From a virus (lineage: Duplodnaviria; Caudoviricetes), in IMG/VR virus record IMGVR_UViG_3300011868_000001, positions 96,001 to 160,000 of that record: DNA of 64,000 nucleotides. One strand, given 5' to 3'. The number at the start of each line of letters is the position of its first letter. Positions within the stretch are counted from its first letter, which is position 1. The position numbers were made by a program, and so were the translations under genes. The notes beneath the pieces are model-generated. The model did no database searches. It was not told where the DNA came from and worked only from the letters and a program-made list of their open reading frames with translations. Of the stretch, positions 36,486 to 46,431 are shown one piece after another.

Positions 36486-38748
36486 CTTCATCCTCCTCGA
36501 AGAGATCTTCCTCGTCATCGCTTTCAATGGCGCTGTTAGCATCCGTGGCGGCTGGCTGCAGGTTCACCTCGCCCGACGGCGTATAGATGTCACTGATCAA
36601 ACGGACGTACTTGCTATCGACTTGGAAGATACCCAGTGATTCCAGGATCATGTAAAAGGACTCCAAGATCTCATAGGTCAGTCGACGGATGTCGATCATC
36701 ACCATGACTTCTTCGGGCATCCCAATACCTGACAGGATCGACAGAGGCAGCATGAGGGTCTTGATCTGATCGCGACCTGTGTTGACGCAATACTGGCGCA
36801 GGCGCTCAGCAAACTCAGGGTCGATCGCATCAATCTTGTTCAGCCAATCCTGCATGTCGGTCTTGTTGTTGATCGCCAGAGGCACCTTAATGACCGTGTA
36901 GGGCGGGTGCTCTACGTTGCCGTACTTAGGGGCAAAGACCTCTTGCCACATCAGGTAATGCCGGTAGTTGGTCTTCTCCTGGTGGGGGTTGGCCTTGTTC
37001 ATGTTGGCGTACGATTCCTGAATCTGGGCCGACTTCAGGTAGGTATGCTCGCCCTTCTTGATCGAGTTGTAAATCTCCTGCTCGTGCTGCCAGACCTTGA
37101 TATACAGCTCCTCCAAGGTGAACTGGCGGTTCTCGTCGGCACGGTGCATGACCTCCTTCATCAACTCCTTAGCAGCATTAATGACAGTCGGCGGCACTGT
37201 AGAGGAGCGCAGGGCCACGCCCTTAATCTCCATCTTGTACTTGTCGAACACCAAGCCCTCACGACAGGACATGAACGCGTAGTAGTGCTTAGCGCGGCTG
37301 GTCAGTGTGAATACCGGGAAGGCGTATTCGTTCTTCATTGTCAGGCGGTGCAGTTCCTCGGTCACCACGCCCATGTTGGCAGACAGCTTGGCCAAGACAT
37401 GGATGATGCACTGGCACGCGATGTAGGTTGTGGTGTACCAGATACCGTCGCCTTCCTTGGTGCGCTGTGGGTTATTGGTGTACCAGGTCACCCAGTCCTG
37501 CGTGGTGAAAATCGTCGAGTCGGTGTCGGAAGCCAACACGGTACGGCGCAAGATACCCTTGATGTTCGCCATAGTGGGGCACAGCTGTACAGGAGTCAGG
37601 AACACCCGGATGAAGGTGAAGTACTTCTGCAGCACTCGCTGGACATTGAGCGCCGTACGTGCCACCGCCAGCAGCGCCATCTCATCGCCCTTTTCCTTGA
37701 GTGAGTCAAAGCTCTCACCACGGGTCAAGTCGGCATTGAGGTAGGTGGCCAGTACCTTGGTATCGTCGTCGATTGATTTACCTTTGAGCAAGGTGAACGG
37801 ATCATCGATGGGCGTCAAGTCCTGAGACATGTCGTACTTGATGATCGCGTCCATGAAGCCCCGGACAAATGCATCGTTGTATTTGGCGATGTGGTACAGA
37901 TCACCGGTGTACACAACGATGGCACGCTCCAGCGGACTCAAGCGCTCGATGAACGCCATGATCTGGGCGAACTTGCTTTCTTTACGCCAGTACAGATCGG
38001 TGCTGCGACGGATGCACTCGGCCGTCTGTTCAACCGTTGGGTAAGCCAGACCACACTCATCCATGGCCCGTTGGAACTCGTCGTGCGGCTGACTGGTGAT
38101 CAGCGCCAACATGTTACTCAGTGCAATGGTCGGGGTCCAGTAATGGCGCGAACCGGCAAGCAGGCGCTCGTTATTGGCATTGCCATAACCGGTGGCACTG
38201 CGGCACATCGAGGTCAGGCTGGAGTGACCGGACTTAACGAACAGGATGTTGCCCGAAAAGCCATGCATCCCCGACAGGGAGTTGATTGCAATCTTCTTGG
38301 CGTTCTGTTCGGCGTCCTTGATCTTCTCCAGGACTTCGTCCTTGGCCACCTGTGCGGCGAACATTTCGTTCTTGGCTTTCTTACGCCCAGCAATGCCCGA
38401 TTCAACGAACTTGGCAGAGGGTGACTTCAGGACGTGAGGATTCTCGTAGCAGACCATTGAGGGCGAGAGAATCCGGTTGGTGTCGGTGACGGTCTTGACA
38501 TAATTGAGCAGGGTCATCTCATCCCGGACACGGTTGCCAGGGCTTTCCTGCTTGAGGATCAGCATGTTCGGGTCGCGCAGAGGGAATTTACCGCCACGGG
38601 AGAGGGTCTTCTTCAGAAACTGAAGGCAGCGTTCAGGCGATTCACCTGTCATGCGCTGGAGGAATAGGCTGTTCTGGTCGAAATAGCCTTTCATCAAATT
38701 AAGGTCCCGACGGTACTCTTCCTTAGGTAGAACGAATGGGTTTTCCAT
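36460..38748 (-). CDS. family B DNA polymerase, catalytic subunit (phiKZ gp50-like)
   Basis: KIAINSLSG (KxxxNSxxG), SDTDS, KHY and KGV motifs. Confidence 0.88.
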   Translation of the reverse strand: MENPFVLPKEEYRRDLNLMKGYFDQNSLFLQRMTGESPERCLQFLKKTLSRGGKFPLRDPNMLILKQESPGNRVRDEMTLLNYVKTVTDTNRILSPSMVCYENPHVLKSPSAKFVESGIAGRKKAKNEMFAAQVAKDEVLEKIKDAEQNAKKIAINSLSGMHGFSGNILFVKSGHSSLTSMCRSATGYGNANNERLLAGSRHYWTPTIALSNMLALITSQPHDEFQRAMDECGLAYPTVEQTAECIRRSTDLYWRKESKFAQIMAFIERLSPLERAIVVYTGDLYHIAKYNDAFVRGFMDAIIKYDMSQDLTPIDDPFTLLKGKSIDDDTKVLATYLNADLTRGESFDSLKEKGDEMALLAVARTALNVQRVLQKYFTFIRVFLTPVQLCPTMANIKGILRRTVLASDTDSTIFTTQDWVTWYTNNPQRTKEGDGIWYTTTYIACQCIIHVLAKLSANMGVVTEELHRLTMKNEYAFPVFTLTSRAKHYYAFMSCREGLVFDKYKMEIKGVALRSSTVPPTVINAAKELMKEVMHRADENRQFTLEELYIKVWQHEQEIYNSIKKGEHTYLKSAQIQESYANMNKANPHQEKTNYRHYLMWQEVFAPKYGNVEHPPYTVIKVPLAINNKTDMQDWLNKIDAIDPEFAERLRQYCVNTGRDQIKTLMLPLSILSGIGMPEEVMVMIDIRRLTYEILESFYMILESLGIFQVDSKYVRLISDIYTPSGEVNLQPAATDANSAIESDDEEDLFEEDEDEDAGYDW

Positions 38749-38829
38749 GTCTTAAGGCCCTTAAATTACAGCAAAAAGAAAAAAGGTCAGAGTAGCTCAT
38801 AATAGAGCTACTCTTCGTTTTTATTGACG

Positions 38830-39330
38830 TCAGGCGTAGAACGTGATCGAGAACACTTGGGTGTCATCTTCACGGTACGGTTGGAAATCACTCAAGGAAA
38901 ACCAGCAATCGTCACTGTCCTGGTTACGCTTTAGAATCTCCAACATCTGATTATAGCCATTGGGACGATGGGTGGAGTTGATAAAGTTAGTCAACTCCTC
39001 CAACACATCCGCAGCTACGGTCTCGCCGAACATTTCATGAGTCTCATCGATCATGTGCTCGGTCAACGCCATGTCATTGAGTGCTTCGTGTAGCAAGACA
39101 TCAACGATGTAATGCGGTGAGCACAGCACTTTCATGGCGTCAAAGTCATCTTCAGGCAAACGGTGTTTGTCCACGATCCGCTGGAGGGCGTCAACGAACG
39201 TTCCGTAAGCCTCGAACCACTTCTCGTCAAAAGTGAACAGGAAGTGCTGGTCCTTTTCTTCATCACGGGTCAGGCGATAAGTCCAAGGGGCACGCTGATT
39301 AATACTCGATCGAAAAGTCCTGGATGCCAT
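38830..39330 (-). CDS. hypothetical protein
   Basis: 166 aa, AAGGAG upstream, last gene of the small-gene cluster. Confidence 0.7.
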   Translation of the reverse strand: MASRTFRSSINQRAPWTYRLTRDEEKDQHFLFTFDEKWFEAYGTFVDALQRIVDKHRLPEDDFDAMKVLCSPHYIVDVLLHEALNDMALTEHMIDETHEMFGETVAADVLEELTNFINSTHRPNGYNQMLEILKRNQDSDDCWFSLSDFQPYREDDTQVFSITFYA

Positions 39331-39688
39331 TTTGAAGGAGTGCCTGTTTGACCAGATTCTCGGTGGAATCGGTAATGTTGTTTATGGTGATCACCAACTT
39401 ACGGTCGGTGAGCACTTCGATGGACTCGTGATTGATCCACGGTACGCCGAGGACTTCCACATCGCCGTTGCTGTAGCGCAGCTTAACGTAGCTGTACGCC
39501 CCGGCAGATTGCGGCAGGTCACTGATGTGGCTCTTGACCTGGGCGTGTTTGGCACGCACGTCGGCCAGCAGCATGGCGGTGTCGAGATCAAGCACCGCTA
39601 CCACAGTGACAGCTTGGCGCGCTGCACCAAGAACAGCGGGCGCGTTGGTGCTGAATTTGACTGTGGAGCCGATATAGTTGGTGATCAT
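39299..39688 (-). CDS. conserved hypothetical protein, beta-rich (possible SH3-like fold)
   Basis: 129 aa containing YSYVKLR...VLGVPWI. Confidence 0.7.
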   Translation of the reverse strand: MITNYIGSTVKFSTNAPAVLGAARQAVTVVAVLDLDTAMLLADVRAKHAQVKSHISDLPQSAGAYSYVKLRYSNGDVEVLGVPWINHESIEVLTDRKLVITINNITDSTENLVKQALLQNGIQDFSIEY

Positions 39689-39990
39689 TAGCCTGGGCCT
39701 TCCTCAAAGGTTAAGATGTACGTCCCGTCAGTATCTACCACATCGATGTCGATCCAAATGCGATCTGAAAGACTGCTTAGAAAGCGGTCACGGCGCAGCC
39801 GGGTCAACCAGGTCGGATCATGCATGAATTCCTCCGTGAGCACATGGAAGAAGGCACGCATGATCAGCGCTCGAAAGCACTGGCGGACAGTTTCAGGAAG
39901 CTCCCCATAACACGGGGTATCCGGATCGAGAGCGTAAGATACTTCAGGAAGCAGTTCTGCAATTGTGTCCGAAGTATTGATAAGGATCAT
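39688..39990 (-). CDS. hypothetical protein
   Basis: 100 aa with stop/start overlap. Confidence 0.7.
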   Translation of the reverse strand: MILINTSDTIAELLPEVSYALDPDTPCYGELPETVRQCFRALIMRAFFHVLTEEFMHDPTWLTRLRRDRFLSSLSDRIWIDIDVVDTDGTYILTFEEGPG

Positions 39991-39999
39991 GTCAATCCC

Positions 40000-40341
40000 T
40001 TAATGAGTAATGGTCACGACCAACACTCGTTCATCTTCAATGTAAGCGGCGTGTATCACCCGCCGCCTGTCCAAACCAGGGGTTGCCCGATCCAACGCGA
40101 AGTAGAGATTGATCATAGCATTTCGCAATGCGATAAAATCATCACCGGAATCTTCGAGGTGGGGTGGGAACAACTGTCCTGCAAAGTCATCAACAAACAA
40201 CTCGCCACGACGGCACCAATCGCAGTACAGGGCATAGATCTCGTCTATGTCGTATTGGTGATCCATCACTTGGGAGAGATCGCTTAGAAACGCCCGGTGG
40301 ATCGGTTCACCATCGAGCAAAATAGTCTTATTACCAGCCAT
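40000..40341 (-). CDS. hypothetical protein
   Basis: 113 aa overlapping the previous gene. Confidence 0.7.
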   Translation of the reverse strand: MAGNKTILLDGEPIHRAFLSDLSQVMDHQYDIDEIYALYCDWCRRGELFVDDFAGQLFPPHLEDSGDDFIALRNAMINLYFALDRATPGLDRRRVIHAAYIEDERVLVVTITH

Positions 40342-40735
40342 CGGATATTCTCACTATGACACTGTCATCAGCCGGATCATAGCTGAGCAGTTCAGTGAGA
40401 AGGGAGTCTACATCACGGTATCTACTCAGTTGTCCGGCAAGGTCTTTGAAAAGAGCGGTCGCAAGATCATAGGCTTCATCTACCTCGACCATCAAGCGGA
40501 CCATTGAAGCATGACCATATCTGTGCCTGTCCATCCAATAACTGAGCACTTCACCATACTCTGCTGCAAGGTTGTTTTTAATCACCCCGCGTAGTGCACA
40601 CGGAACAACCGCGATCAGCAGATCAGGTTTTACACTTGAGAGCCATCCCTTTTCGGCGCGGAGCATGAGCGTCAGGGGTAGTTGTGGTGGCTCCCATGGC
40701 CAGCGGGACGATTTCGACGCAGGCAATATTTGCAT
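40331..40735 (-). CDS. hypothetical protein
   Basis: ORF in the cluster; true start probably downstream of 40735. Confidence 0.6.
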   Translation of the reverse strand: MQILPASKSSRWPWEPPQLPLTLMLRAEKGWLSSVKPDLLIAVVPCALRGVIKNNLAAEYGEVLSYWMDRHRYGHASMVRLMVEVDEAYDLATALFKDLAGQLSRYRDVDSLLTELLSYDPADDSVIVRISDGW

Positions 40736-41057
40736 CCTCGTTTACCTCCAGCAACCGCACAGACTCACTTTGTTCAACCAAGCGGCCTGTCTGGGCTATC
40801 AGACTTTCGGTAAGGTCCCACAGGATCTTACGGATAAATAGACTTTCGACATCGCTCAACCGACCGTCTGTCAAGATAGACTGAGGGAATCGGTCTTCCC
40901 GCTGTGCGGTCAATGCGTCAGAAAGGTGGGCGAACAACTGATCGAGGCTCATGCCTGTGGCTTGCATCACATTATAGAGATTCTGCAAGAACTCGCCATT
41001 GGTTTCCAAACTGATGATCGCGCGAATCTCGCGAGGCGGCAATGAAGAGGTCTTCAT
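40623..41057 (-). CDS. hypothetical protein
   Basis: Likely start MKTSSL within ORF 40623..41147. Confidence 0.55.
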   Translation of the reverse strand: MKTSSLPPREIRAIISLETNGEFLQNLYNVMQATGMSLDQLFAHLSDALTAQREDRFPQSILTDGRLSDVESLFIRKILWDLTESLIAQTGRLVEQSESVRLLEVNEDANIACVEIVPLAMGATTTTPDAHAPRRKGMALKCKT

Positions 41058-41403
41058 CTGATTCACGGTATCGGACAGCGATAAGCTGGTACGCACGCTT
41101 GGGGGTTTGGGGCGGTAGGTAACGCGTCGCCTCATAATCGGTTTCATAGTAACGCCTCAGATTAGTGATGATCTCGAAAAACGATGATTGGATATCGTCG
41201 AGCCACCAACGTAGCTGATCTTCAATATCGGGGTTGTTCTCTATGATATCGTCCATGTAATAACTGTCATCGAAGACAAAATACGCGATGGCAGCATAGA
41301 GCAAAGCAGAGGCGCCAATACATTCGGCCAGAGATTCACCGAACATATTGAACGCCTGCTTAAACGGTAAAGTCAAAGCGATTGAGTTGATTCCAGTCGA
41401 CAA
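40972..41403 (-). CDS. hypothetical protein
   Basis: 143 aa with GGAGG upstream. Confidence 0.65.
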   Translation of the reverse strand: MSTGINSIALTLPFKQAFNMFGESLAECIGASALLYAAIAYFVFDDSYYMDDIIENNPDIEDQLRWWLDDIQSSFFEIITNLRRYYETDYEATRYLPPQTPKRAYQLIAVRYRESDEDLFIAASRDSRDHQFGNQWRVLAESL

Positions 41404-41845
41404 CTTTTCTCACCTCCAATACCATCAATCCATCGCAGTACTCCACCGCCTTACAGGCCATGTTAAAGCTCTTCAATACACTGCTGAAGACCGATCTGAG
41501 TTCGCGAGAGATTTGGTTAATGTCGGACATGTGTCGAAGGCGGCGATCCGGTGGAGTGCGATCCATCCAACTACGGCCGGCCTGTGTGGTTAGCAGTTCC
41601 ATTGACGAAAGTCCACAATTGACCATGTCAATCATGGGTACCATGATCCCGATCTGACCGAGCCTACGATAGTGCCGTTTAAACGTCCCGTGATCCATGG
41701 GCGACTCGACCATCACGTACTTGACCATACCGGGACCGGTATTAATCGTGCAGCGTGAAATCTTGTACGGCTCATAGGCCTGAGGATAGCTCTTCGAAGG
41801 CTCGGCGTAAACGTTCGGGATAGTAATCACCTTGCGTCCGCGCAT
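41360..41845 (-). CDS. hypothetical protein
   Basis: 161 aa overlapping both neighbours. Confidence 0.6.
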   Translation of the reverse strand: MRGRKVITIPNVYAEPSKSYPQAYEPYKISRCTINTGPGMVKYVMVESPMDHGTFKRHYRRLGQIGIMVPMIDMVNCGLSSMELLTTQAGRSWMDRTPPDRRLRHMSDINQISRELRSVFSSVLKSFNMACKAVEYCDGLMVLEVRKVVDWNQLNRFDFTV

Positions 41846-42209
41846 GTTGATACTCTTCCTTAATCCTGCTGACCGGGTCGGGCAATCGACGCAAACTGAC
41901 GTCGACTACAATCGTCTCATTACCCGCATCGTACATCAGCGTCGCTATCTCAGCCGGTGAACGGGTAAACGAGTCGACCAACCCTAGAAAGGAGGCGACA
42001 ATGTGGTCGATAGGTGAGTAATCGTTAAGCCTGCCGCCAAACAATTCAATCACCACGCCAATGAGGTCGTCGCCTTCCGACTGGTTATATTCCTGAACCA
42101 ATGCGTGCACGGTTTCGGGAATTTCACGCGGGAAATCCAAAGCGTTGTGAGCCTCCAGCAACGCTTCGATAGTACGTTCAAGTTCAGCGGTCGATACCAG
42201 ATATTGCAT
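41772..42209 (-). CDS. hypothetical protein
   Basis: 145 aa with GGAGG RBS. Confidence 0.75.
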   Translation of the reverse strand: MQYLVSTAELERTIEALLEAHNALDFPREIPETVHALVQEYNQSEGDDLIGVVIELFGGRLNDYSPIDHIVASFLGLVDSFTRSPAEIATLMYDAGNETIVVDVSLRRLPDPVSRIKEEYQHARTQGDYYPERLRRAFEELSSGL

Positions 42210-42223
42210 CCAGTCCTCCTGCG

Positions 42224-42841
42224 CTATACCCGCATAATGGCATTTAAGAAGATTCGCTTAACCGATTCGCGCACCTCGGTATTGGACAGGTTCTCAAATG
42301 CCGTGTTGATAAGATGCTGGGCGTAGCAATCGAATTGCTCAAGTTCTGTCAGGTCGCTGACGTTATTCGACACCTTAGGTGGCTTGAAGCTGTTGAGCTG
42401 TGCTGTCAGGTCACGGCAGCGTTCAGCCAACAGATCGCCTTCGATATGGATCAGAAGGTCTTCGGAGTTGGCGGGTGTGGCAAAACTGATCGAGCGGTTG
42501 TCCAGGTGTTTGGCGATGGCCTCGACCATTGGGTCAATATACAGCACCAGGGTCAGGTAGAAATCATCGACTTCCACCGTCAGCTCATCGAGCTGGGGCA
42601 CCGACATGTTATCGACCGGATACCCCAGATGGGTAATCAGGACTACCAGAGGATCGGCTTTCTTACGCACATGGCGCATGGACGACAGGATGTACGCTTT
42701 AGCAAACTCAGCCGTAGCATGGGTCAGTTGCTTCATGCGCATCGGCCCTTCATCGGCCACCACATGTCCACGCGGCCATTGGGCCAGGCATCCGTCCAAA
42801 CAAGCGATCAGGTCGGATAGTGGTACTCGGATTAACTGCAC
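42224..42841 (-). CDS. hypothetical protein
   Basis: 205 aa, GTG start, AGGAG RBS. Confidence 0.72.
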   Translation of the reverse strand: MQLIRVPLSDLIACLDGCLAQWPRGHVVADEGPMRMKQLTHATAEFAKAYILSSMRHVRKKADPLVVLITHLGYPVDNMSVPQLDELTVEVDDFYLTLVLYIDPMVEAIAKHLDNRSISFATPANSEDLLIHIEGDLLAERCRDLTAQLNSFKPPKVSNNVSDLTELEQFDCYAQHLINTAFENLSNTEVRESVKRIFLNAIMRV

Positions 42842-43188
42842 GTGCTCACTCCTATAAGTGACGGAATCTTGATGATGATAAGAACGTCTTTCGTCATCTC
42901 GATTGTCAGCACGTATCCCCTTAAATGTGAAAGGATGTGCTCATCTAGTTGGCAAAGAAAATTCAACTCATACCGCTTCTGCAATCGCTGGATTAACGCG
43001 TATTGCTTTTCCAGCGACGGGCAGTGAGGTGCTCTCGAGACCAGTGTGAGGTTAGCCTCATCGACCAGTTGCGATTCGATCACGTACTGCCATGCTAGAG
43101 GCGATAATTCGTTATCCCTATCCAGGGTATCGGTAAGAGAAGAAACGTCGAATATGAAGCCTACAGGGCCGTTAAAATCGATATTCAT
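42832..43188 (-). CDS. hypothetical protein
   Basis: 118 aa with GGAG RBS; first gene of the cluster. Confidence 0.7.
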   Translation of the reverse strand: MNIDFNGPVGFIFDVSSLTDTLDRDNELSPLAWQYVIESQLVDEANLTLVSRAPHCPSLEKQYALIQRLQKRYELNFLCQLDEHILSHLRGYVLTIEMTKDVLIIIKIPSLIGVSTCS

Positions 43189-43290
43189 GGCTCCCCCTAC
43201 AGGATAGGGGTTAAGTGTTTCTTTTTACCTACTGATTAGCCTAAAAAATAAAGCCAGGAGACGGGAAATCCCGTCTCCTTATTTTGCCAG

Positions 43291-43498
43291 TTAACTGAAC
43301 GATGGATACCCATCATCACCTGCCGGGTTGACCTTATTCAGGGCCGGGCCGTGTTTATCGTAACTATAAGCCTCTTCTAAAAACTCGCCATGCCAGTGAC
43401 CATGGATACAGCGATGGCACTTATAGCCAGCACTGGTTTGAGGTGTGCTGTGAATCGAGTCAACCGATCCGCACATCTCACATTCGAAGACGTTCATC
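43291..43498 (-). CDS. small zinc-ribbon protein
   Basis: MNVFECEMCG...YKCHRC with AGGAG RBS; early promoter motif at 43538-43564. Confidence 0.7.
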
Positions 43499-43567
43499 GA
43501 TACTTCTCCTTGACTTGGGTGGTTGCTAGTCACATTGGTAATGTGTGACTAGCATTATTTGGAAGTG

Positions 43568-44173
43568 TTAGGCGGCAACCGTGGATAGTTTACGACCCTT
43601 ACGGAACATGGCCTTCATTGGTCTCTTGTCCTCGCCAAGAAGGGAAACCAACTCGATCTCGATGCCACCCCAGGCCTCATAGAAGGCCTCTTCAGAGACA
43701 CCCTCGACACTGACCCACGGGATGACTTTGACCGTCCGCTCGTTATCGAGGATATGCAGCTCACCCCGATTACGGTTACGGATGAGGATTGCCTCTTGAA
43801 AGTCAGGTACCGAGAAGGCGCCAATCGGCTCCATGGGCATAGCACCATAAGCCATCAGTTTATATTTCAGCGAGACCAGTTCGTTGTCAAGCATGTAACC
43901 CCTGCGGAAAATTTTGTCTGCCTTTCTGGAGGACTGGACGCGGTTTTCATCACCAATCTGGGCGCGCCGGCGAGTACCCAGAATACCAGGTATCACAACC
44001 TCGTCGACTCCTGCGTTGAGGTAATCAATACCGGCTTTCTTCGCAAAACGCAGTAGCTTGTCGCGGAATGCCATCTTGGCAGGGGTGCCCCAGACAAACC
44101 AGCGGCTATTCTGGTAGTTGACATTGGCGTGCAGCTGACGGCGGTAGTTCTCAATGTTCTTGGCGTAACTCAT
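43568..44173 (-). CDS. hypothetical protein
   Basis: 201 aa with GAGG RBS. Confidence 0.75.
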   Translation of the reverse strand: MSYAKNIENYRRQLHANVNYQNSRWFVWGTPAKMAFRDKLLRFAKKAGIDYLNAGVDEVVIPGILGTRRRAQIGDENRVQSSRKADKIFRRGYMLDNELVSLKYKLMAYGAMPMEPIGAFSVPDFQEAILIRNRNRGELHILDNERTVKVIPWVSVEGVSEEAFYEAWGGIEIELVSLLGEDKRPMKAMFRKGRKLSTVAA

Positions 44174-44184
44174 GTTATTGTTCC

Positions 44185-44475
44185 TCAGGTAAACCGATTG
44201 ATGAACGATTCGTAATCTGGAGCAGTGCGAGTCATCTCCGTTACGAATCGCTTGAGCATGTGATTGTGCAGCAGTACAAGCTCGTATGTGCCTGCGGGAT
44301 GGTGCACGAGAGCAGCGGCTTTGAGGCGGTCGTCGTAATGCTGTTGGAAGACATTATAGAGCGGCCGGACATTCGGAATGGATGAATCCCGAAGGTAGGC
44401 GGATACCGGGTAGAAATCGGTATCCGCATCGCCCTCGTTAACCGCTGCCACCAGGATGTTGGATCTGGTTGACAT
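44185..44475 (-). CDS. hypothetical protein
   Basis: 96 aa with GAGG RBS. Confidence 0.7.
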   Translation of the reverse strand: MSTRSNILVAAVNEGDADTDFYPVSAYLRDSSIPNVRPLYNVFQQHYDDRLKAAALVHHPAGTYELVLLHNHMLKRFVTEMTRTAPDYESFINRFT

Positions 44476-44484
44476 AGGGAGTCC

Positions 44485-45189
44485 TCAGATCAGGAGGTTG
44501 GTTTGCAGGCCGCCGTCCTCGGTCTTGTCGAAAGCACGCAGTTGCTCGGCGAGCTTCTCTGCTTCTGCCAGTGTCCGGGTTTCGCGGAATTCGCACTGAA
44601 GGAAACGCCAGCCCTTGTACTCTTGCTGGAACTCGGTATTTTCATGCTTACCGTATTCCAGGTTGAGGTTATTGAGCTGGGTGTCGTAATCGGCATCTTC
44701 AGAGGCGAAGATCAGCGACAAACCCGAATCCGGCTCGACCATACGGACTACGCCGATGCGCGGTGGCGCGACTTCAAAGTCAGGGCTGGTCACTTCAAGC
44801 CACCAATCCGGCACTGGTTGATCGTCGGTGAATTCATAGCGAGTCAGGTTCTCATCCATGATGATTACATCGACTGCTTCCGGCCAGAAGGTCAACAGTT
44901 CATCATTGGACTCGACGTACGCGACCACCTGCGCATACTCGCTGGTGAGTTCCATCATCCAGTACGGGTGGAAGAAAGGCCACGCGATGGGGCGGACATC
45001 CTGAATGTACTCGGGGTCGTTGAGGTAACGCTCAGGAACTGGCAGTTTGAAAGCGACCAGCATGAGACGCATGCCGGCAGGCACATCGACGTAGTGGGTC
45101 TGGCCCGTCTTCTGTTGTGGGGCCATGACATAAAGCGGATTACCGTCAACATCACGGACGATATCTTGGGGAGTGGTACGACGGCTCAT
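44485..45189 (-). CDS. hypothetical protein with C-terminal degenerate GIY-YIG-like domain
   Basis: N-terminal RPIAWP..HPYW...VAYV...FWPEA domain; C-terminal part aligns by eye with 11367..11681. Confidence 0.7.
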   Translation of the reverse strand: MSRRTTPQDIVRDVDGNPLYVMAPQQKTGQTHYVDVPAGMRLMLVAFKLPVPERYLNDPEYIQDVRPIAWPFFHPYWMMELTSEYAQVVAYVESNDELLTFWPEAVDVIIMDENLTRYEFTDDQPVPDWWLEVTSPDFEVAPPRIGVVRMVEPDSGLSLIFASEDADYDTQLNNLNLEYGKHENTEFQQEYKGWRFLQCEFRETRTLAEAEKLAEQLRAFDKTEDGGLQTNLLI

Positions 45190-45279
45190 GGATGAAACTC
45201 CTTTTGATGAAATACAGGGATGGGTTACAGTAGTGACTCGGCATAAGGACAGCGGGATTGCTCCCGCTGTCAGTATGGT

Positions 45280-46269
45280 TTACAGAATCAGACCGGTGTC
45301 CGATACCTCGTCTTCGTCCGCTGCGAAAGTCACCGCTTGCTGACGGGTCTTGCGCTGCATTTCCATTTCCTTCTTCAGGCCTTCCAGCTCAGTGCGGATA
45401 TCGCCGAACGAGTGGTTCTCGATACCGAAGAACAGACTGGTGCCGGCCTGGGCTACCGACGGCATGAAACCATCACAGCTGTAGGGTGCGAATACGCCGG
45501 GCTGCGGATCGTCCTGGTCGCGCTTGAGGTAGGCGACCGAGATCGGGTCCTTCATCTTGGACTCGAAGCCCTTGATGGTGTCGTACACATGGATGCGCGC
45601 CAGCTGTGCCGGGACATCAGTGGACTGGTTGAAGAAGATGAAGCTCTTGATGTCGGCAGTGTCCAGGCCGTGGTTACGGCGCGAGCACAGCATCGCCAAG
45701 GAGGCGATCATCAGGTGAGCTTCTTTATCGACGGCCGAGCGCGGGACATCCGGACGGTTCATGCCGAACTGGATGACCACCGGCTTGTTGACGGCGCGAC
45801 TGATCGCATCGAGAGTCTTCATGGTGCCGATGGTGTTTTCCGCAGTCTTGATCGATTCATAAGAACCGGTGACCACGCCGACTGCCACATGACCGTCTTC
45901 GAGCAGCTGCTTGAGGATCAGCGGACCTGCTACCGAACCGGTGCCACCGGAGGCGGTGAAGATGACGATGTTCAGATCAGCTGGCTTGAACTTGCGCAGG
46001 ATGTCCGGGACCGCTTTGGCAATGGTCTTGTCATTGCTGTTGCGGATTTTGCCGGAACCGTCGAGGTCGTTGAACAGCCAGGTCTTTTCGATGAGGCGAT
46101 CATCGAGGTTCGAATCGGAGGTGTCGACACAGGCCAGTTCGAAGTTGGCGATATCGGCACTGTGGCCTTCGTGGAAGCTGAGGTACTCTTTACCGATGTT
46201 GATCCCTCCACCCCCGCACGCAAAAATTCTGATAGTGCCTACGGGACGAGTACTGAGACCGTTATTCAT
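45280..46269 (-). CDS. phuZ: tubulin-like spindle protein PhuZ
   Basis: CGGGGINIG, DTS, GSGK, SGGTGS tubulin signature, GLDTAD and acidic C-terminus DEDEVSDTGLIL. Confidence 0.93.
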   Translation of the reverse strand: MNNGLSTRPVGTIRIFACGGGGINIGKEYLSFHEGHSADIANFELACVDTSDSNLDDRLIEKTWLFNDLDGSGKIRNSNDKTIAKAVPDILRKFKPADLNIVIFTASGGTGSVAGPLILKQLLEDGHVAVGVVTGSYESIKTAENTIGTMKTLDAISRAVNKPVVIQFGMNRPDVPRSAVDKEAHLMIASLAMLCSRRNHGLDTADIKSFIFFNQSTDVPAQLARIHVYDTIKGFESKMKDPISVAYLKRDQDDPQPGVFAPYSCDGFMPSVAQAGTSLFFGIENHSFGDIRTELEGLKKEMEMQRKTRQQAVTFAADEDEVSDTGLIL

Positions 46270-46331
46270 GGGAGATATTCCTTCTTTAGGTTGCTTGGGT
46301 TGTGTTGGCTTAGAACGGGCATTTACATCTG

Positions 46332-46360
46332 GATAATGTATCATCTCAAGAATTTCGATT
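46332..46360 (-). promoter_or_regulatory. putative early promoter of phuZ
   Basis: Minus strand AATCGAA-N13-TACATTAT. Confidence 0.7.
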
Positions 46361-46431
46361 ATTTTCCATTAGGGGCGGGCAGCGATGTCACGCCCATCAT
46401 GTGTACCTTCGTCTTTATCGAGGCATTTACA

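Noticed and set aside
45337-46431. N-terminal extension of the 639-aa ORF
   Set aside because: Antisense to phuZ and its promoter; the real gene starts at 46432.
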